A stretch of 64,000 bases of DNA from Octopus sinensis (taxonomy: Eukaryota). The DNA is taken from positions 65,596,001-65,660,000 of the forward strand of contig NC_043001.1 in assembly GCF_006345805.1 (NCBI RefSeq), read 5' to 3'. The stretch's first letter is position 1, and every line of letters begins with the position of its first letter. This document shows, in pieces, positions 49,180 to 62,718 of this stretch. A program made the translations under genes and the position numbers. Below the pieces are notes generated by a model. That model did no database searches, was not told the origin of the DNA, and saw only the letters and a program-made list of their open reading frames with translations.

Positions 49180-49386
49180 GTGACCCTCTGTCCCGCATTC
49201 GCCATGATAGATCGCTAGCCACTACACATTCTTTATTTTCATATCTTTCTGTGTTCCTTTCTGTGGAAGAGCGTAGGCTCGAAATGTTAAAGACTTTTTC
49301 ACTTCCCGAGCGTTATACTAATACATCTGTTTGCTGTCTACACCACCTGTCTTCGTCTTTTGTTTTTTGTGTGAATTTTCCCTATA
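49180..49386 (+). mobile_element. Short PLE-terminal-type repeat with hammerhead variant
   Basis: CTTT(49257-60)-CTGTGGA-A-GAGC GTAG GCTC-GAAA-TGT-T-AAAG(49289-92). Tail GTCTTCGTCTTTTGTTTTT shared with 12841-12990. Confidence 0.7.
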
Positions 49387-50511
49387 TTAGGCTAATTCTA
49401 CTGTATTAATACTAACTAATAAATTTTACTTATGATTTGTCAGATGAAATTTTTTTTTATGCGGAAGAATTGACTGAGCGTATGGTGGATTTGAAACCAT
49501 TTAATGACCATTCTACTACAATCAAGGTTTCTTTTTGTAAAAGTGAAAAATAATGTGCAGTATTATTTACAACTTTATATTTTATTATTTGTATTCGATA
49601 CAACTAAATAAAATGACTATTTTAATTGTATATTTCAAAAAACACGATTGAAATATTTTTTCTTTAAATTTATTTTTGGTTATTTTTGTGTCATATTTTA
49701 AATGATTCATTTGTTTTTTAGATTCTCATAATAAATAAAATAAATCATCTCAAATTTACCTAATATAATGTATTATAATTAAAAAAAAATATTCCCGGTT
49801 GCAATATTTCAAATGCAGTAGAATTTTAATTTTAAGTGCTTCTTAGTTTCCTTCAGAGGTAACAAATTACACAAATTCTACTGTAGAAATCTTGTTCTGT
49901 ACTTTTCCACGTGTAATAACTTAAGAATATTAACATGCACGCACTCGCATTTTCCATTGTAATACACTTTTTTCCAGGCAATGCAACAAAAATAACTTCT
50001 TTTGTTAAAAAATATTTGAATTATTTTTCATTGTGGATGATTGAATTAAAATAAGAATTTTATGTTGTGTTTTTTTAATTTTCACATATTTTTCAGGGTT
50101 TCGTTGCATTGGATAATATAAAAATGATTTTTAAAAAGGGAAAATAGCCAATGCATCCACCATAAGGCACGAGGAGCCACCTTCCCTTTTGCTTTTTCTG
50201 AAGAGCATCACTAGAAACCTTCAGGTATACCCGTTGAAAAAAAAGCATACAAGCGATATTTAGTATAAATAAATGTTTTGTGTTAATTAAATGAAGCCTG
50301 CCTGTATATTTATTTCCTTTAAAATTAATTTTTCAGGATAATAAGAAAGGTAATTATAATTGTGATAAATATTAGATCCTATATCTTCACTGTATGTAAA
50401 ATTTTTATATTTAAGCAAAGTGCATAACACGAACGTGCCAAACAAGAAAGTGCGAAAATTCATTTTGAAAAATAATTTTCTATATAATAGTAAATATTAA
50501 TGTAATACTAA

Positions 50512-50745
50512 TCTTCTTATATAAAATAAACCTCTGTGTGTGTGTATGTGTTCGCTTTTCACGCGAAAACGGCTGCGCGATTTGCTTTTATACTTGGGAT
50601 GCGTGAATAATTTGACCTCAGATACATAGTAGGGTCTTCAGTTTATTTTTTTTTTATCAAAAATAAATAATATTACTCTCTGTATATGATTCACTTCTTT
50701 GAAAAGATTTCTCAATGTCAATTTCCGGTATTGACGTAGCAACGG
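50512..50745 (+). mobile_element. Helitron-type 5' terminal module, second copy
   Basis: A|TCTTCTTATATAAAATAAACCTC(TG)n TTCGCTTTTCACGCGAAAACGGCTGCGCGATTT...GGTATTGACGTAGCAAC is a reverse-complement match to 2123-2406. 3' end not found. Confidence 0.65.
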
Positions 50746-51639
50746 TGACATTTTCCGTTTTCGTTTGCAAAAAATCTCACTCTCTGTTTTAACGTCTTCA
50801 TTTCAAGTTTTAATTCGCTATTTGCAAACAACTACGATAAGTTACTGAAAGAAATATTTACTGAGTTCACAAATTTAGATATTCAGTACAAGATAATTTT
50901 GAACGAGCTTTTATTTATACGGCTTTTTCGTTTCATCTTTATTTCATTCATTGTTTGCAATGTTCTCTCTCCCATCTTTCTCTCTCACACACACAAGTCA
51001 GCTACACACGCACACGTGTGTTTTTGTATGCACGTTTGTATACATTTATGTATGTGTGTGTGTGTTTGTGTGTGTGAGAGAGAAAGAAAGAGAGAGAGAG
51101 TCAGTCAAGGGGTGTTGTCATGTATACGTACATGCGTAAATACATATGCATACACCTTTTTGATGTATGTGCGTGTGCGTGCGTGTGTGTGTGTGTAAGT
51201 GAGCGCGTGTGAGACAGAGTGTGTGATGTCTAAGTGGTACTCACTTGCGCTCTCTCTCTCTCACACACACGCACACATACAAACAAAAAAGATGTGCGTT
51301 CCACAATAGTCATTTATTTCAATCACTCGTGTGAAGATATTCACGTAACTCATTTTTTCATTTTATCCCCGTTTTAATTTTCGAAAAAGTTTCCGAGAAA
51401 AATGTTCTCACTCTCTACAAGATGGGTCTGGGTAGATGTAGATGATCAGTTTCTGCAGTGAAGCAAAGACTGCTAGCCAGATTCAATGTTGAGTTTTACA
51501 ACTTTGTTAACTCTATTAAATATATTTGCAAATATTTAAACAAAGGTTTAGATGCTGCAACATACACTCTTGTGCAGATTGGCAGTCAGTAGATATGTAA
51601 AAATGACGAGGATGCACAGAATGACAGAAGATACATCAG

Positions 51640-53935
51640 TACCAATGAGGCTTTCCAGTATCCCCAAGTACTTATAGCCCGTCTCTTCTATCTGCTTCAT
51701 AACCTCTCCCGACGGTACCGTTAGCCCGTCCATACATTTAATTTTGCCTCTCTTCAAGTCTAATGCGTCACACTTTCTCAGTTCGAACTCCATTCTGATA
51801 TGAGCACTGAAGGTATACACCATATCAACGAGGGAACTGACTTGGGACTTCATCTTTACCATAAAGTTTGGAGTCATCTATGAATAACAAATGGCTGACT
51901 TTTTGCTGACGGCTTTTGAATACATACCCAGCATTTGCTTTCCTCAGAATCAGTGTCAGTGGTATTAAGCACAGTACAAAGATCAGTGGAGACAGGCAGT
52001 CCCCTTGGAAGATGTCGCTCCTAATTTATACTGTCCCTAAACTTCTTCCGTATGCTGTTAGGTCCGTCCTCCTATTCGCCATACTTTTTCCAAGCTCTAA
52101 GCAATCGCTCAACATTCGATGCAATACCCAATAGATTCATACACTCCATAATCTAAGAATGCGGGATCTTATCGTACGCCTTACAATAGTCGATACATGA
52201 CATGGCTAAGTTACTTTTCCTCCTCTTGCAGTCTCTAAGTACAGTTTTGTCTATCAGAAGTTGATCCTTGATACTTCTGCAACCATTCTGCTCATGTGGC
52301 AGGACTCCATTTTTCCAGATATTCGTACATTGACTCTGCGACTATTCCAGTCAATAACTTCCACTTAAGTGGAAAATAGAATATCAGCCTGTAATTGTCT
52401 ACCTTTTTCGAGGTTTTTCAGGCACAGCACTGTCTTACCCAATGTCAACCACACTGGTGTTACTTTGTCGGCATTTAACAAGGTGTTGAGTTGCGCAGCT
52501 ATCCGTGCGTGACATTCACCAAATCTTTTGATCCAGTAGCCTTGAACTCCATTTGGTCCTGGGGCCTTCCAATTGCTCATTTTTTGCTGATTTCCTTCAC
52601 TTCCTCAACTGAAATGACTAGTTCTACTTGTTTTGGACAGACCACTGTTTGTTTCAGTTCTTGCAACCATTCAGCATCCTTCTTGTGCTCCTTGTCTTTG
52701 CTCCAGATGTCACTCCAAAACCTTTGATTTTCAATGTTATCTGGTATTAACTTTTATCTGTCCACTCTCCATTTATTTCTTTACAGAATCTCTTCTGATC
52801 TACTATGAATAAACTATTCTGGTAGTAACCCTTCATTCTTTGGTCGTATCTTACTATATTTGCTTTCTTTGCAACGAGGTGCTGTTTCAGTTCCTCCACT
52901 ACAACTTTCAGGCCCTTTCTTTCAATATTATACTTCCTTTTCAGCGCCCTGTATTTTTGTTCGTTTTTAAGCTCCTCTTTCTCTTTTCGGTCTAACAGAG
53001 AGATTTCCTTGGAGAGCATATCTAACCCTGCCTGGATTCTTCTTTTCCACCATGGATCTTTTCTTTTGTCACTCTCATTATGTTTCTTTTTCTTGACATC
53101 AACCCCCACGTTTTCTGCTATAACAATACTTGCTGCCTTGATCAAATTATTTGTTTCTGTAATGTTTGTTCTGATGTATTTCAGAATTTCATTGACATTT
53201 TTCGTTTCTTGGTTCAATTTCCATCGATCAACCTTCTTAAGGTTACAAATAATGTAGCTATCGTTCTCCTGTAGTCTTACCTTTATTCTGTCGTAGATTG
53301 CCTTTTTTTCATCTGTCATATCAGTTTTATTGTCTTCTTTTAGATCATCTATACGTCTCTCATCAAGTAAACTACCACAGCTAATTTCCTGTGCTCTGGG
53401 ATCAGTCTTAGTAAGAACTGTATTTTCATTGTTATCTCTGCTGCTATTTTCCATGACCCGTCTTTTGATAACATTGAGTTCTACTTCTGTGAACCAAAAA
53501 TTTTTCCTTATTGCTCTAGCTTGATTACATAGTCTCTGTTCTGTGAGTTGAAACAATCCCTTTTCTTTCCAATGATCATATATACGTTGTCGGTAACCCG
53601 TAATTTGAGCACCATTTTCATCTACCGGGCTGCTCAGGTAGTAACACTCCATGACAACAGCATTAATTTGCTTGCTCCTTCTATGCCGTGTGTGGTGGTC
53701 CCTTTCTGGATATTAAGAGCCTGGAGCCGGATCAGAATCTCTGAGCCTACCGGATGTAACACTGTCACCATCATTGGCTTCAGTTTCATTACCACCGTTC
53801 TTCACAATATATTTTTTCATTGTCACTCATATGAGGTAGCGATTTCAGGTTGCGCAATTACCAATGTTTTTATTGACACCATCACTTGATGTATCATTAA
53901 TCAGCTGATGAGGAGGAGGGGTCTCCACCCGTTTC
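51640..53935 (-). mobile_element. R4/Dong-clade LINE, different family, 3'-truncated, 5' end abutting (AAT)n
   Basis: 301-aa ORF 52747-53652 (MECYYLS..GYRQR..LTEQRLCNQAR..PWWKRRI). [57 protein letters not shown]. Confidence 0.9.
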
Positions 53936-53937
53936 CT

Positions 53938-54059
<122 letters not shown>

Positions 54060-54596
54060 CATTTTTATTATTATTATTATTATTATTATTTTTATTGTTT
54101 TATGTGTAGTAGTAGTAGTAGTAGCACCAGCAACAGTAGCGTGGATGGGGGTAGTGGTAAGGGTGGTAGTTGGGCCTCAGATACCTGTGCTATCATAATA
54201 GTAGTAGTTGTAGTGTTAATTTAGTGTTAGTAGTATTTAGTATTAGCAACTGCAACATACTATTATTATTTTTATTTTTGTCATTATCACCATCACCACC
54301 ACCACCACCACCACCACCACCACCACCGCCACCACCACCACCACCACCATTGTTTTAGGGAAAAGTTGGGTAACAGTTTGATGAATAGATCATATCTACA
54401 GGTCTATAAATAGATTCGATGGGGAGGTCAGCCATAGAGACAAAGGACTCTTCGTACCCTTTAGGTCAGTAGAGGTCAAATGCATTTACTACGACCAGTG
54501 GATACTGGGATTGCTGCCTTGAAAAGAAGCAATTCAACCCGTTCTATTTGTAATTACTGGTTTAAAAAACAACAACACTAATAATAGTATACACAC

Positions 54597-54675
<79 letters not shown>

Positions 54676-54729
54676 ATATATATATATATGCACACACACA
54701 TACATGCTGATATTTATGTCGTTGAAATT

Positions 54730-55620
54730 TTGAATTTCTGAATTCAATTGTTGTGTTGCAATAAAAAGTGTTTACGTATTTGGGTAATATATTAAAGTTT
54801 TTAAGTTTTCTTGAGATGATCGTTTGTCCAGTTGGAGAATGCAGTAGGTCTTTTGCAATGAAAAGGACGTTTACATTTTCCAACACTCAGGGAGGGTCAA
54901 AATGAAAAGAAAACAAGTTGTAGATAGTAAAGTTTTACAAGCTACTAAATACGGTCTTTTGTATGACCGTACAGCGAGAAATGGTAGTGTTCTTGGTATA
55001 AAAAGGTGGATGATGCTTATGCTTTCGAATACTCAGGGAGAGAGGAAAGGGTAAGTCGTCACACATTAGTTGTAGATATTAAAGGTTTTTTTTTTATAAG
55101 CTGATCGTTTGTTTGTTCGAAAGTTGTCGGTATGTAAGTTTCTTAACTTATTTTATTTTGAGGGAGATTTAAAATATTCACAGGAAATTGTAGATATTCC
55201 AGTCTTTGGGAATAGTAGGAGGAAAAGATGTTCACTTTGTTGGATTCTTGAATTTCTGAATTTCTTTTTCTTTTTTCTTTATAAATTTTTCTTTTCTTTT
55301 TAAAAGTTTTGCTGTGGTTTACTGTTTTTGTAGTTGTGCAGTATGTATATATTGGCAGGTGCCTACTTCCTTAATTTTTTATCGTGCATTTAATTATGTT
55401 GTTACAATAAAAGGAATGTTTACATATTCTGTTAGTCAGGAAAGAAGGGAAGACAAAATGTTCACACAAAACTGGAGATATTAAAGTTGCTAGGTTTTTT
55501 TTTTGTGTTCGTGTGTGTGTCCAAAGGCGTAGATATGTAAGTTCCTTAACTTATTTAGAGGGAAATTCAAAATTCTCACAGAAAACTGTTGATATTCCAG
55601 TCTTTTAGAGTTATTTTTTC
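54730..55620. repeat. Old degenerate tandem region (~400-bp and shorter periods)
   Basis: TATGTAAGTT.CTTAACTTATTT...GATATTCCAGTCTTT at 55131 and 55534. Recurrent CAAT.AAAAG..GTTTAC, ACTCAGGGAG and GTTGTAGATA motifs. Confidence 0.6.
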
Positions 55621-55699
55621 AGTTGTCCTGCTGGGTTATATTAGTGTTTCTGTGTCTTCAGCTGCTGACTGGTCAGAGCAACGAAGAACACGTCCAGTC

Positions 55700-55747
<48 letters not shown>

Positions 55748-57189
55748 TATTATTATTATCATCATCATCATCATCATTATTATTATTACTATCACGAATT
55801 CGGAATTGATTTCTCAATTGGAGAATAAATTGAATTTAGAATAACAAATTTCTATGCAACATATTTTGATGACGTCTATACATTTTTAGGTGCCTCAGCT
55901 AGTTTTATTATAAAATCAAGAAGTAAATGAGCTATAACTATATATAGTAATAAGAGCAAGCAAAAAGAGATATGAGAATATATCAGCTATATAGTGAGAA
56001 GAGAATATGATCTTATGAATAGTAAAACCATGGCTAATATACATTTTTTTAAAATGCAAAAATAGCCAATGCATCCACTGTAAGGCTGGAGGAGGCACCT
56101 GTCTTTGTTAGGGCAAAGTTAGTTAGTTAGTTAGTCGAAATTCATGCAAAATAAAAATAAAACCTGCAATTCAGCTATTGTTCTTGTGAACTTGCCTGAA
56201 AAAAAAATCTGAATCCTGCTACTCTGAAAATCTGAAAGCAAAAACTTTGTCAATTTACCCTAAGAAATAATAATCTAAATTCTGCTACTCTTAATATTGA
56301 ATTAAAGTTTAAAAGCAAACAAATAACTTATTAAAAGTTCAGAAGTTCTTACAGCCTTGGTCGTCGTAATGCTTCGCTTTCGTTTGTTTAATAAAAAGTC
56401 ATCCTCACATAATGATTTTGCTTTCATTTTGTGATAGACAGCTATCATGTAGAAAATGCCAACTTCTAAATACTGTCTGATTAGGTGAAAATGATTAAAC
56501 TTCAAACCTCAGTAACATTTTTTGCGATAAGTATGTATGTATGTATGTATGTATGCATGTATGTATGTATGTGTGTGTGTGTATGAGTGTGTGTGTGTGT
56601 ATGTGTGTGAGTGTTTATTTACGATGGACAGTAGAAAAGAGTCCATTTGTCATCAATTGTTGTCAACTTACCCTCTCTCCCCTTAAAGCTACGTATACGT
56701 CACACCTTTTTTCCCTTCCTGGACGTTTTAAAAGTTACTTATGTGTATGTGCATGTGTGTGTGTGTGTTGTGTGTGTGTGTGTGTGTGTGTGTGTGCATT
56801 GTTTGTGTTTGCGTGTGTGTATATTTAGGAAAATATGTATGTAGCGTCGCGTGTATATCCCTAAAGTCGATTTCAGATTATTCTCCCCTTTTTGACCTCA
56901 CATACTCGAAATCTCAACTTTTTTCTGCTTAACCAAATTTCAAATTTTATAGCTCAAAATGTAGCTTAGGAGGTGACCAATCTAAAAATGTAGAGACGTC
57001 ATCAAATTTGGTACCAAAAAAAAAAACGGAATTAGTGACAAAGCCTAGAAGTGGTCGCGAATGAGTAAATGTTGACCTTAAGAATATTATTCACACACTG
57101 CCGTGCGTGAATGATATTTATTACAATATAATGTATTCTATGAATATGAGGTAGATCTTTGCAAGATACCTAAATATTGAACTGAATCA

Positions 57190-57400
57190 CAAATTTTGTG
57201 ATATTGGTTCCCAATTTTGGAAGAAGGTCGTCAAATCCGGAGGGGAGGGAAGTTGATTGCATCGACCTCATTGCGAAGCCTATACTCATTTTATAGAGTA
57301 CCGAAAAGATAAAAGGCAAAGATAACCTTGGCGGAGTTTGAACTCAGAATGTAGAGACAGATGAAATGCCGCAAAGCTTTCACGCTGCCTCGTCGTCTTA
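57190..57400 (-). mobile_element. Old SINE, family B-related
   Basis: AAAGGCAAAGATAACCTTGGCGGAGTTTGAACTCAGAATGTA is the reverse complement of the B-box region of the 58141 element. Confidence 0.7.
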
Positions 57401-57958
57401 GTACTGTAATAAGTAATAATATTGAAAATACTTTTACGTACTTTTGGTACATTTAGCTTATATAATAACTTTTTCATCTTAAATATCTTTGAAAAGATAA
57501 GCACCGCGACACTCGTCTTGAGTTCTATCATATGAGCTAAACAAAACCAAAATTTTTACACAAAACAAAATGTTTAAGTTTTGAATTTGTTTTTAGACGT
57601 TACCATTTTGTTCGGCACCTATCATGTACTACAACTCATTGTACAGCATCTCACCCGTCTGGCATCGGTGCATGATGGGTCGAAATAATCGTAGTGAATA
57701 ATAAAGGGTCTCGTGAACTGCATTTTCATTCTCTCATATTTTTATAAACCCCACGGACACGAAGGAATTAGTGAAGTAAACCCAGTGGCATGTACCTCCA
57801 TACTGTTGATGACATCAGAGAGCTAAATACTGTGAATGGGCTCTAGACGGCATACTACAAGGTATATATCCGAATATAAAATTATTACTGATATACATAC
57901 ACGCACGCGCACAGACACAGACACACAGACACGCACACACAGACATACACACACATGC

Positions 57959-58077
<119 letters not shown>

Positions 58078-58140
58078 CAGACAGACAGAGAGAAATGGAA
58101 TGGAGAGAGAGATCTGAGCATATATGTATGTGTAAATAAA

Positions 58141-58370
58141 GGCGGTGAGCTGGCAGAAACATTAGCGCGCCGGGCGAAATGCTTAGTAGTATTTCGTCTG
58201 TCGTTACGTTCTGAGTTCAAATTCCGCCGAGGTCGACTTTGCCTTTCATCCTTTCGGGTTCGATAAATAAAGTACCAGTTTCGCACTGGGGTCGATGTAA
58301 TCGACTTGATCCCTTTGTCTGCCCTTGTTTGTCCCCTCTATGTTTAGCCCCTTGTGGGCAGTAAAGAAAT
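58141..58370 (+). mobile_element. Full-length young tRNA-derived SINE, family B, 21-bp TSD
   Basis: GGCGGTGAGCTGGCAGAA (A box) ... GAGTTCAAATTCC (B box) ... TAAAGAAAT. ATATATGTATGTGTAAATAAA is identical at 58120-58140 and 58371-58391. Confidence 0.95.
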
Positions 58371-59129
58371 ATATATGTATGTGTAAATAAAATACCTTAT
58401 AAATGTATTCATAAAATTGTAAGCTTTCGAGAAGTGTTAGAAAACACAACAATTAGAAAGCTGAATTTAAAAAGAATAAACGGAACGAAGGGAGTTGAAA
58501 TACTCGTAATAAATTTAATGGCCAATTTGTACCGTTAATTTTTTTGAGGTTCTGTCTTAGTATGTAGGGAAAACAATGAAAGAAGCAAGTGTTGTTCTTT
58601 GAATAAACAATATTGGTTTAGTTGTTGTTCTAATCCTGATAAATATCCGACCAACAAAGCAATGAAAACATAAAAACTATGAAATATAAAACGAATAAAA
58701 TAACTGAAGCTAAATCTGACACGTTCCTATAACTATTAGGGATGGGCACTTATTGGATCAAGTACTGCTATTTTTGCTGAATCACCATTTTTAAGCAGGC
58801 TGTACAAATACTTAGTAGTTTCATTGTAGTCACTCTTAATCATTGTAGTTCACGGGAAGGTCAAGCTACATCATATTAAAAAAGAAAGAAATATACTAGA
58901 AATAGTAGGAAAAGAAAGAAAAGTGTAACTAGTAAGAACAACGAAATGAAGACGATACCCCCCCCCCCTTGTTTTAGATAAATATTTAGCGACTTAGGTG
59001 TGACTGCAACATGACAAAATACTGAACGAAGACCAAACCATGTATACATACATGCATTCATACATACAGGTGTTTGTGTGTATGTCTCTCTCCCCTTTCT
59101 CTCTATATGTATGTATGTATGTATGTATG

Positions 59130-59240
<111 letters not shown>

Positions 59241-59496
59241 TACACTTCTGTGTCGCATATTTCAGTTCACTCATTTTTCTTTGTACCAACACCATGGGTT
59301 TTTTGCATTGTTTATGACCTTTAAGTCAACAAGCAGACGTAAATTATCTCTCTAGGCACAGAAACTCTATTCTCTTCTATTATTAATAGAATCAGCCATG
59401 CGTTACCGATGGTTAGAATGCATATTTCTCCTAGCTCCATCGTCTTTTCTTTCGAGTATATATATATATATGTGTGTATGTGTATGTGTGCTTGTA

Positions 59497-59533
<37 letters not shown>

Positions 59534-59563
59534 ACACACACATACATATAATACATATATATG

Positions 59564-59634
<71 letters not shown>

Positions 59635-60439
59635 TATATATATATATATATATATATATATGTCTGTGAGTGTGTGTATGTATGTATAAATATATATGTA
59701 TGTATATATATATGTATGTATAGATATATACATATATCTATGTTTGTAGTCACACATATTATATACATATAAACATGCATAAATATATGTACATAGACAC
59801 GCACACACATATACACATTCTTTCTTTTTCTCTCCTTCTCACCCCATACAAATGGTTATCTCTTTATTTTATGTTCCACTTTGAGAGACTGTCACCGAAA
59901 CTGTCTCACTCGATCCGAGGCAACCCATTTTTTGTAACACTGTTATATATATCTCTCTCTCGCTTTCTCTCTCTCTCTCTCTATCTGTCTGTCTATCTAT
60001 CTCTCTATATGTGTGTGTGTGTCTGTGTGTGTGTACTAAAATAAATGTACCACCATCGTCATCATCATAATCCTCATTATTATTAGTAGTAGTAGTAGAA
60101 GTAGCAGTAGTAGTAGAAGTAGCAGCAATACAAATATGTGGGTGTTCACAGGACTTTCTCAAATGAGACTTCATGGTTTTATCCAAGGTAGGATGCATTG
60201 TAAATGTAACTCTAATTACACATTGAATAAAATTAAAACTTCATGGTCACGGCTGGTACACCTTTGCTCATAAATCGGCTCGATCAAGACAGACCCGTAC
60301 CTAATAAAGATTGTTAACTGTCATTGCCACCACCGCCTCCATCATAGAGAAAAAAAGGAGAGAGCACGAGAGGATGGGATAGAGACGAACAGAGTAGGTA
60401 GAAAAGTAAGATACATGTAACAACATCAACAGCAACAAT

Positions 60440-60640
60440 AATAATTGTTTCTGATTTTGGCACAAATTTTTGAGACAAGGGGGGAGTCGGTTATATCGAC
60501 CCCAATACTTAACAGATACTTTATTTTATTTGCTCTGAGAGGATGAAAGACAAAGTTAACTTCGGCGAGGTTTGAACTCAAAACGTAATGAACTGGAAAA
60601 TATACTTCCGTGCACTTTTCCGATTTTGTCAGTTGACCAC
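60440..60640 (-). mobile_element. Old SINE, family B-related
   Basis: ATCGACCCC...GGATGAAAGACAAAGTTAACTTCGGCGAGGTTTGAACTC matches the reverse complement of 58190-58310. Confidence 0.7.
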
Positions 60641-61881
60641 TAACAACAACTATGATGATGACGATGACGACGATGATGATAAAGAGAAGAAAGATATTTT
60701 TTATTTGCCACGGGAGTAACTGATGGGGCGGATATTATAAAGGTTACAATTTGAGTTCATAAAAATAGCTTAGTGAAGAGAAAAGAAGTGGGGAAGAACT
60801 GAGTTGTAAAGTGTATTTTGTGTACAAAATATGCGAGTCATTGACAATGCACTCCTTCTGATATTGATACTCCACAGATTTAAGACCACTCTGATCACCA
60901 ACGGCATATGCTCTCGACCTAATTTCTCTCTCATGGTTTGGATAGACCCTAGACTGTCACCTAAGATGCCACCCAGCTGAAGTGAACTCCGGATCTTATC
61001 ATTACAAAATCTTCTTGTTTCATCTCCAATGTGTAATTCGCCAATTAAGTTTTATTTCATTCTTTTGGTGTTGTTATAGTTGTCGTTATTGTTGTTTAGC
61101 CCTAGGTTAGCTCTAATCGAGCAGAGCTATAATGAAAGGTGTTCCACTTACTGACATCCAATGAAAAATGTACCATCTATGACCATTCTGTGTTTTGTTT
61201 ATTGCAGGCGAGATTGTTCCATGTATTCCTCTTTATTTACGATAATTGAGTTCAAACTGAGGGATATTTGGTTGCTATTTCTAAGTAATCTGTGACTCAG
61301 TCGCTACCCTTTGTCTCATACATTTCGGGATATGGTGCCTAGTCCCGCGAAATCACATGTCTAAATATGTGAGGCTCGTGGGATTCATTTATATTATTAC
61401 ATTCATTTATATTATTACATTTATATTATTCATTTATATTATTATATTTGCTGACAGATTTGTAACCTTTCAGTTCTGACATTTTTCTTAAGCTGCCATG
61501 CTCTGGGCAGTACGGTCCTTTCAGTCGAGCAGATCTTAAACCTAAACTTTCACTCTTATGAGAGACGAATCCGGAATGCCTTTATTTTTCTCATTAATTT
61601 TTATTGAAATTCCTCGAATCGATTAGAGCACAAAACAGCCGTGCTGTTAACTGTGTTTGCAGACAAGAAAAGACAGTCGCGTCTGGAACGCCGTTCTTTT
61701 TAGCTCTGTTGGATGGGGATCACCTTGGGTTAAACAACACCAAAACGCATATCTAACTTTTAAAAAAAGTTTTAAACTCTGTCTGGTAAAACATTACAAA
61801 AATAATTGACACTGACAGCATAAAAGAAATTTGCAGCAGAACAACACCTGCTGCCATCAAGTTCCAGTGATAGTCTACTTA

Positions 61882-61922
<41 letters not shown>

Positions 61923-62328
61923 ATATTTGTAGTAGTACTAGTATTTATAGTAGTAGTAGTATTTGTAGTAGTAGTAGTAGTTGTTTTTGTTGTTAAATGT
62001 TATAATCCCACAAAACTTTTGTTTTTCTTGCACCATGGTGGAAAGAAAGAAATATTTTATCTCTACAAACATCTATAATCAGTTGTTTACCTCAACGAGA
62101 TGTCAGCGACATTATTTACTCAAGAAATTTGCTGTTGTTGTCGTTGCTGTGCTTCTTTACTCTAACCGTCACTATACTCCTTCTCCTCCTCCTCCTCCTC
62201 CTCCTCCTCCTCATCATCATCATCATCATTATCAGTCGCAGCAGCAATAGCACCACCACCACCACCATCACCATCCCGAATAATCTTGGAACATCTGTGC
62301 TCCAAAAACAAAGACATGTTAAAGAAAA

Positions 62329-62718
62329 TGGCTGTGTGGTAAGTAGCTTGTTTACCAACCACATGGTTCCGGGTTTCTTTCTACTGCGTGGCACCTTGAG
62401 CAAGTGTCTTCTACTATAGCCTCGGGTCGACCAAAGCCTTGTGAGTGGATTTGGTAGACGGAAACTGAAAGAAGCTCGTCGTATAAATGTGTATATATGT
62501 GTGTGTGTATATGTTTGTGTGTCTGTGTCTGTCCCCCCAACATCGCTTGACAACCGACGCTGGTGTGTTTTCATCACCGTAACTTAGCGGTTCGGCAATA
62601 GTGACCGATAGAATAAGTACTAGGCTTACAAAGAATAAGTCCTGGAGTCGATTTGCTGAACTAAAGGCGGTGTTCCAGCATGGCCAGAGTCAAATGATTG
62701 AAACAAATAAAAGAGTAC
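62329..62718 (+). mobile_element. SINE family A, full length
   Basis: TGGCTGTGTGGTAAG head, GGCACCTTGAGCAAGTGTCTT, internal (TG), tail GGCGGTGTTCCAGCATGGCC..TGAAAC. Confidence 0.9.

Noticed and set aside
53886-53925. CTGATGA followed by a GGAG/CTCC hairpin as a hammerhead
   Set aside because: No GAAA after the stem. It lies at the 5' end of the R4 LINE. Other isolated CTGATGA/CTGAAGA hits (about 14699, 42982, 50198) also lack the required stems.
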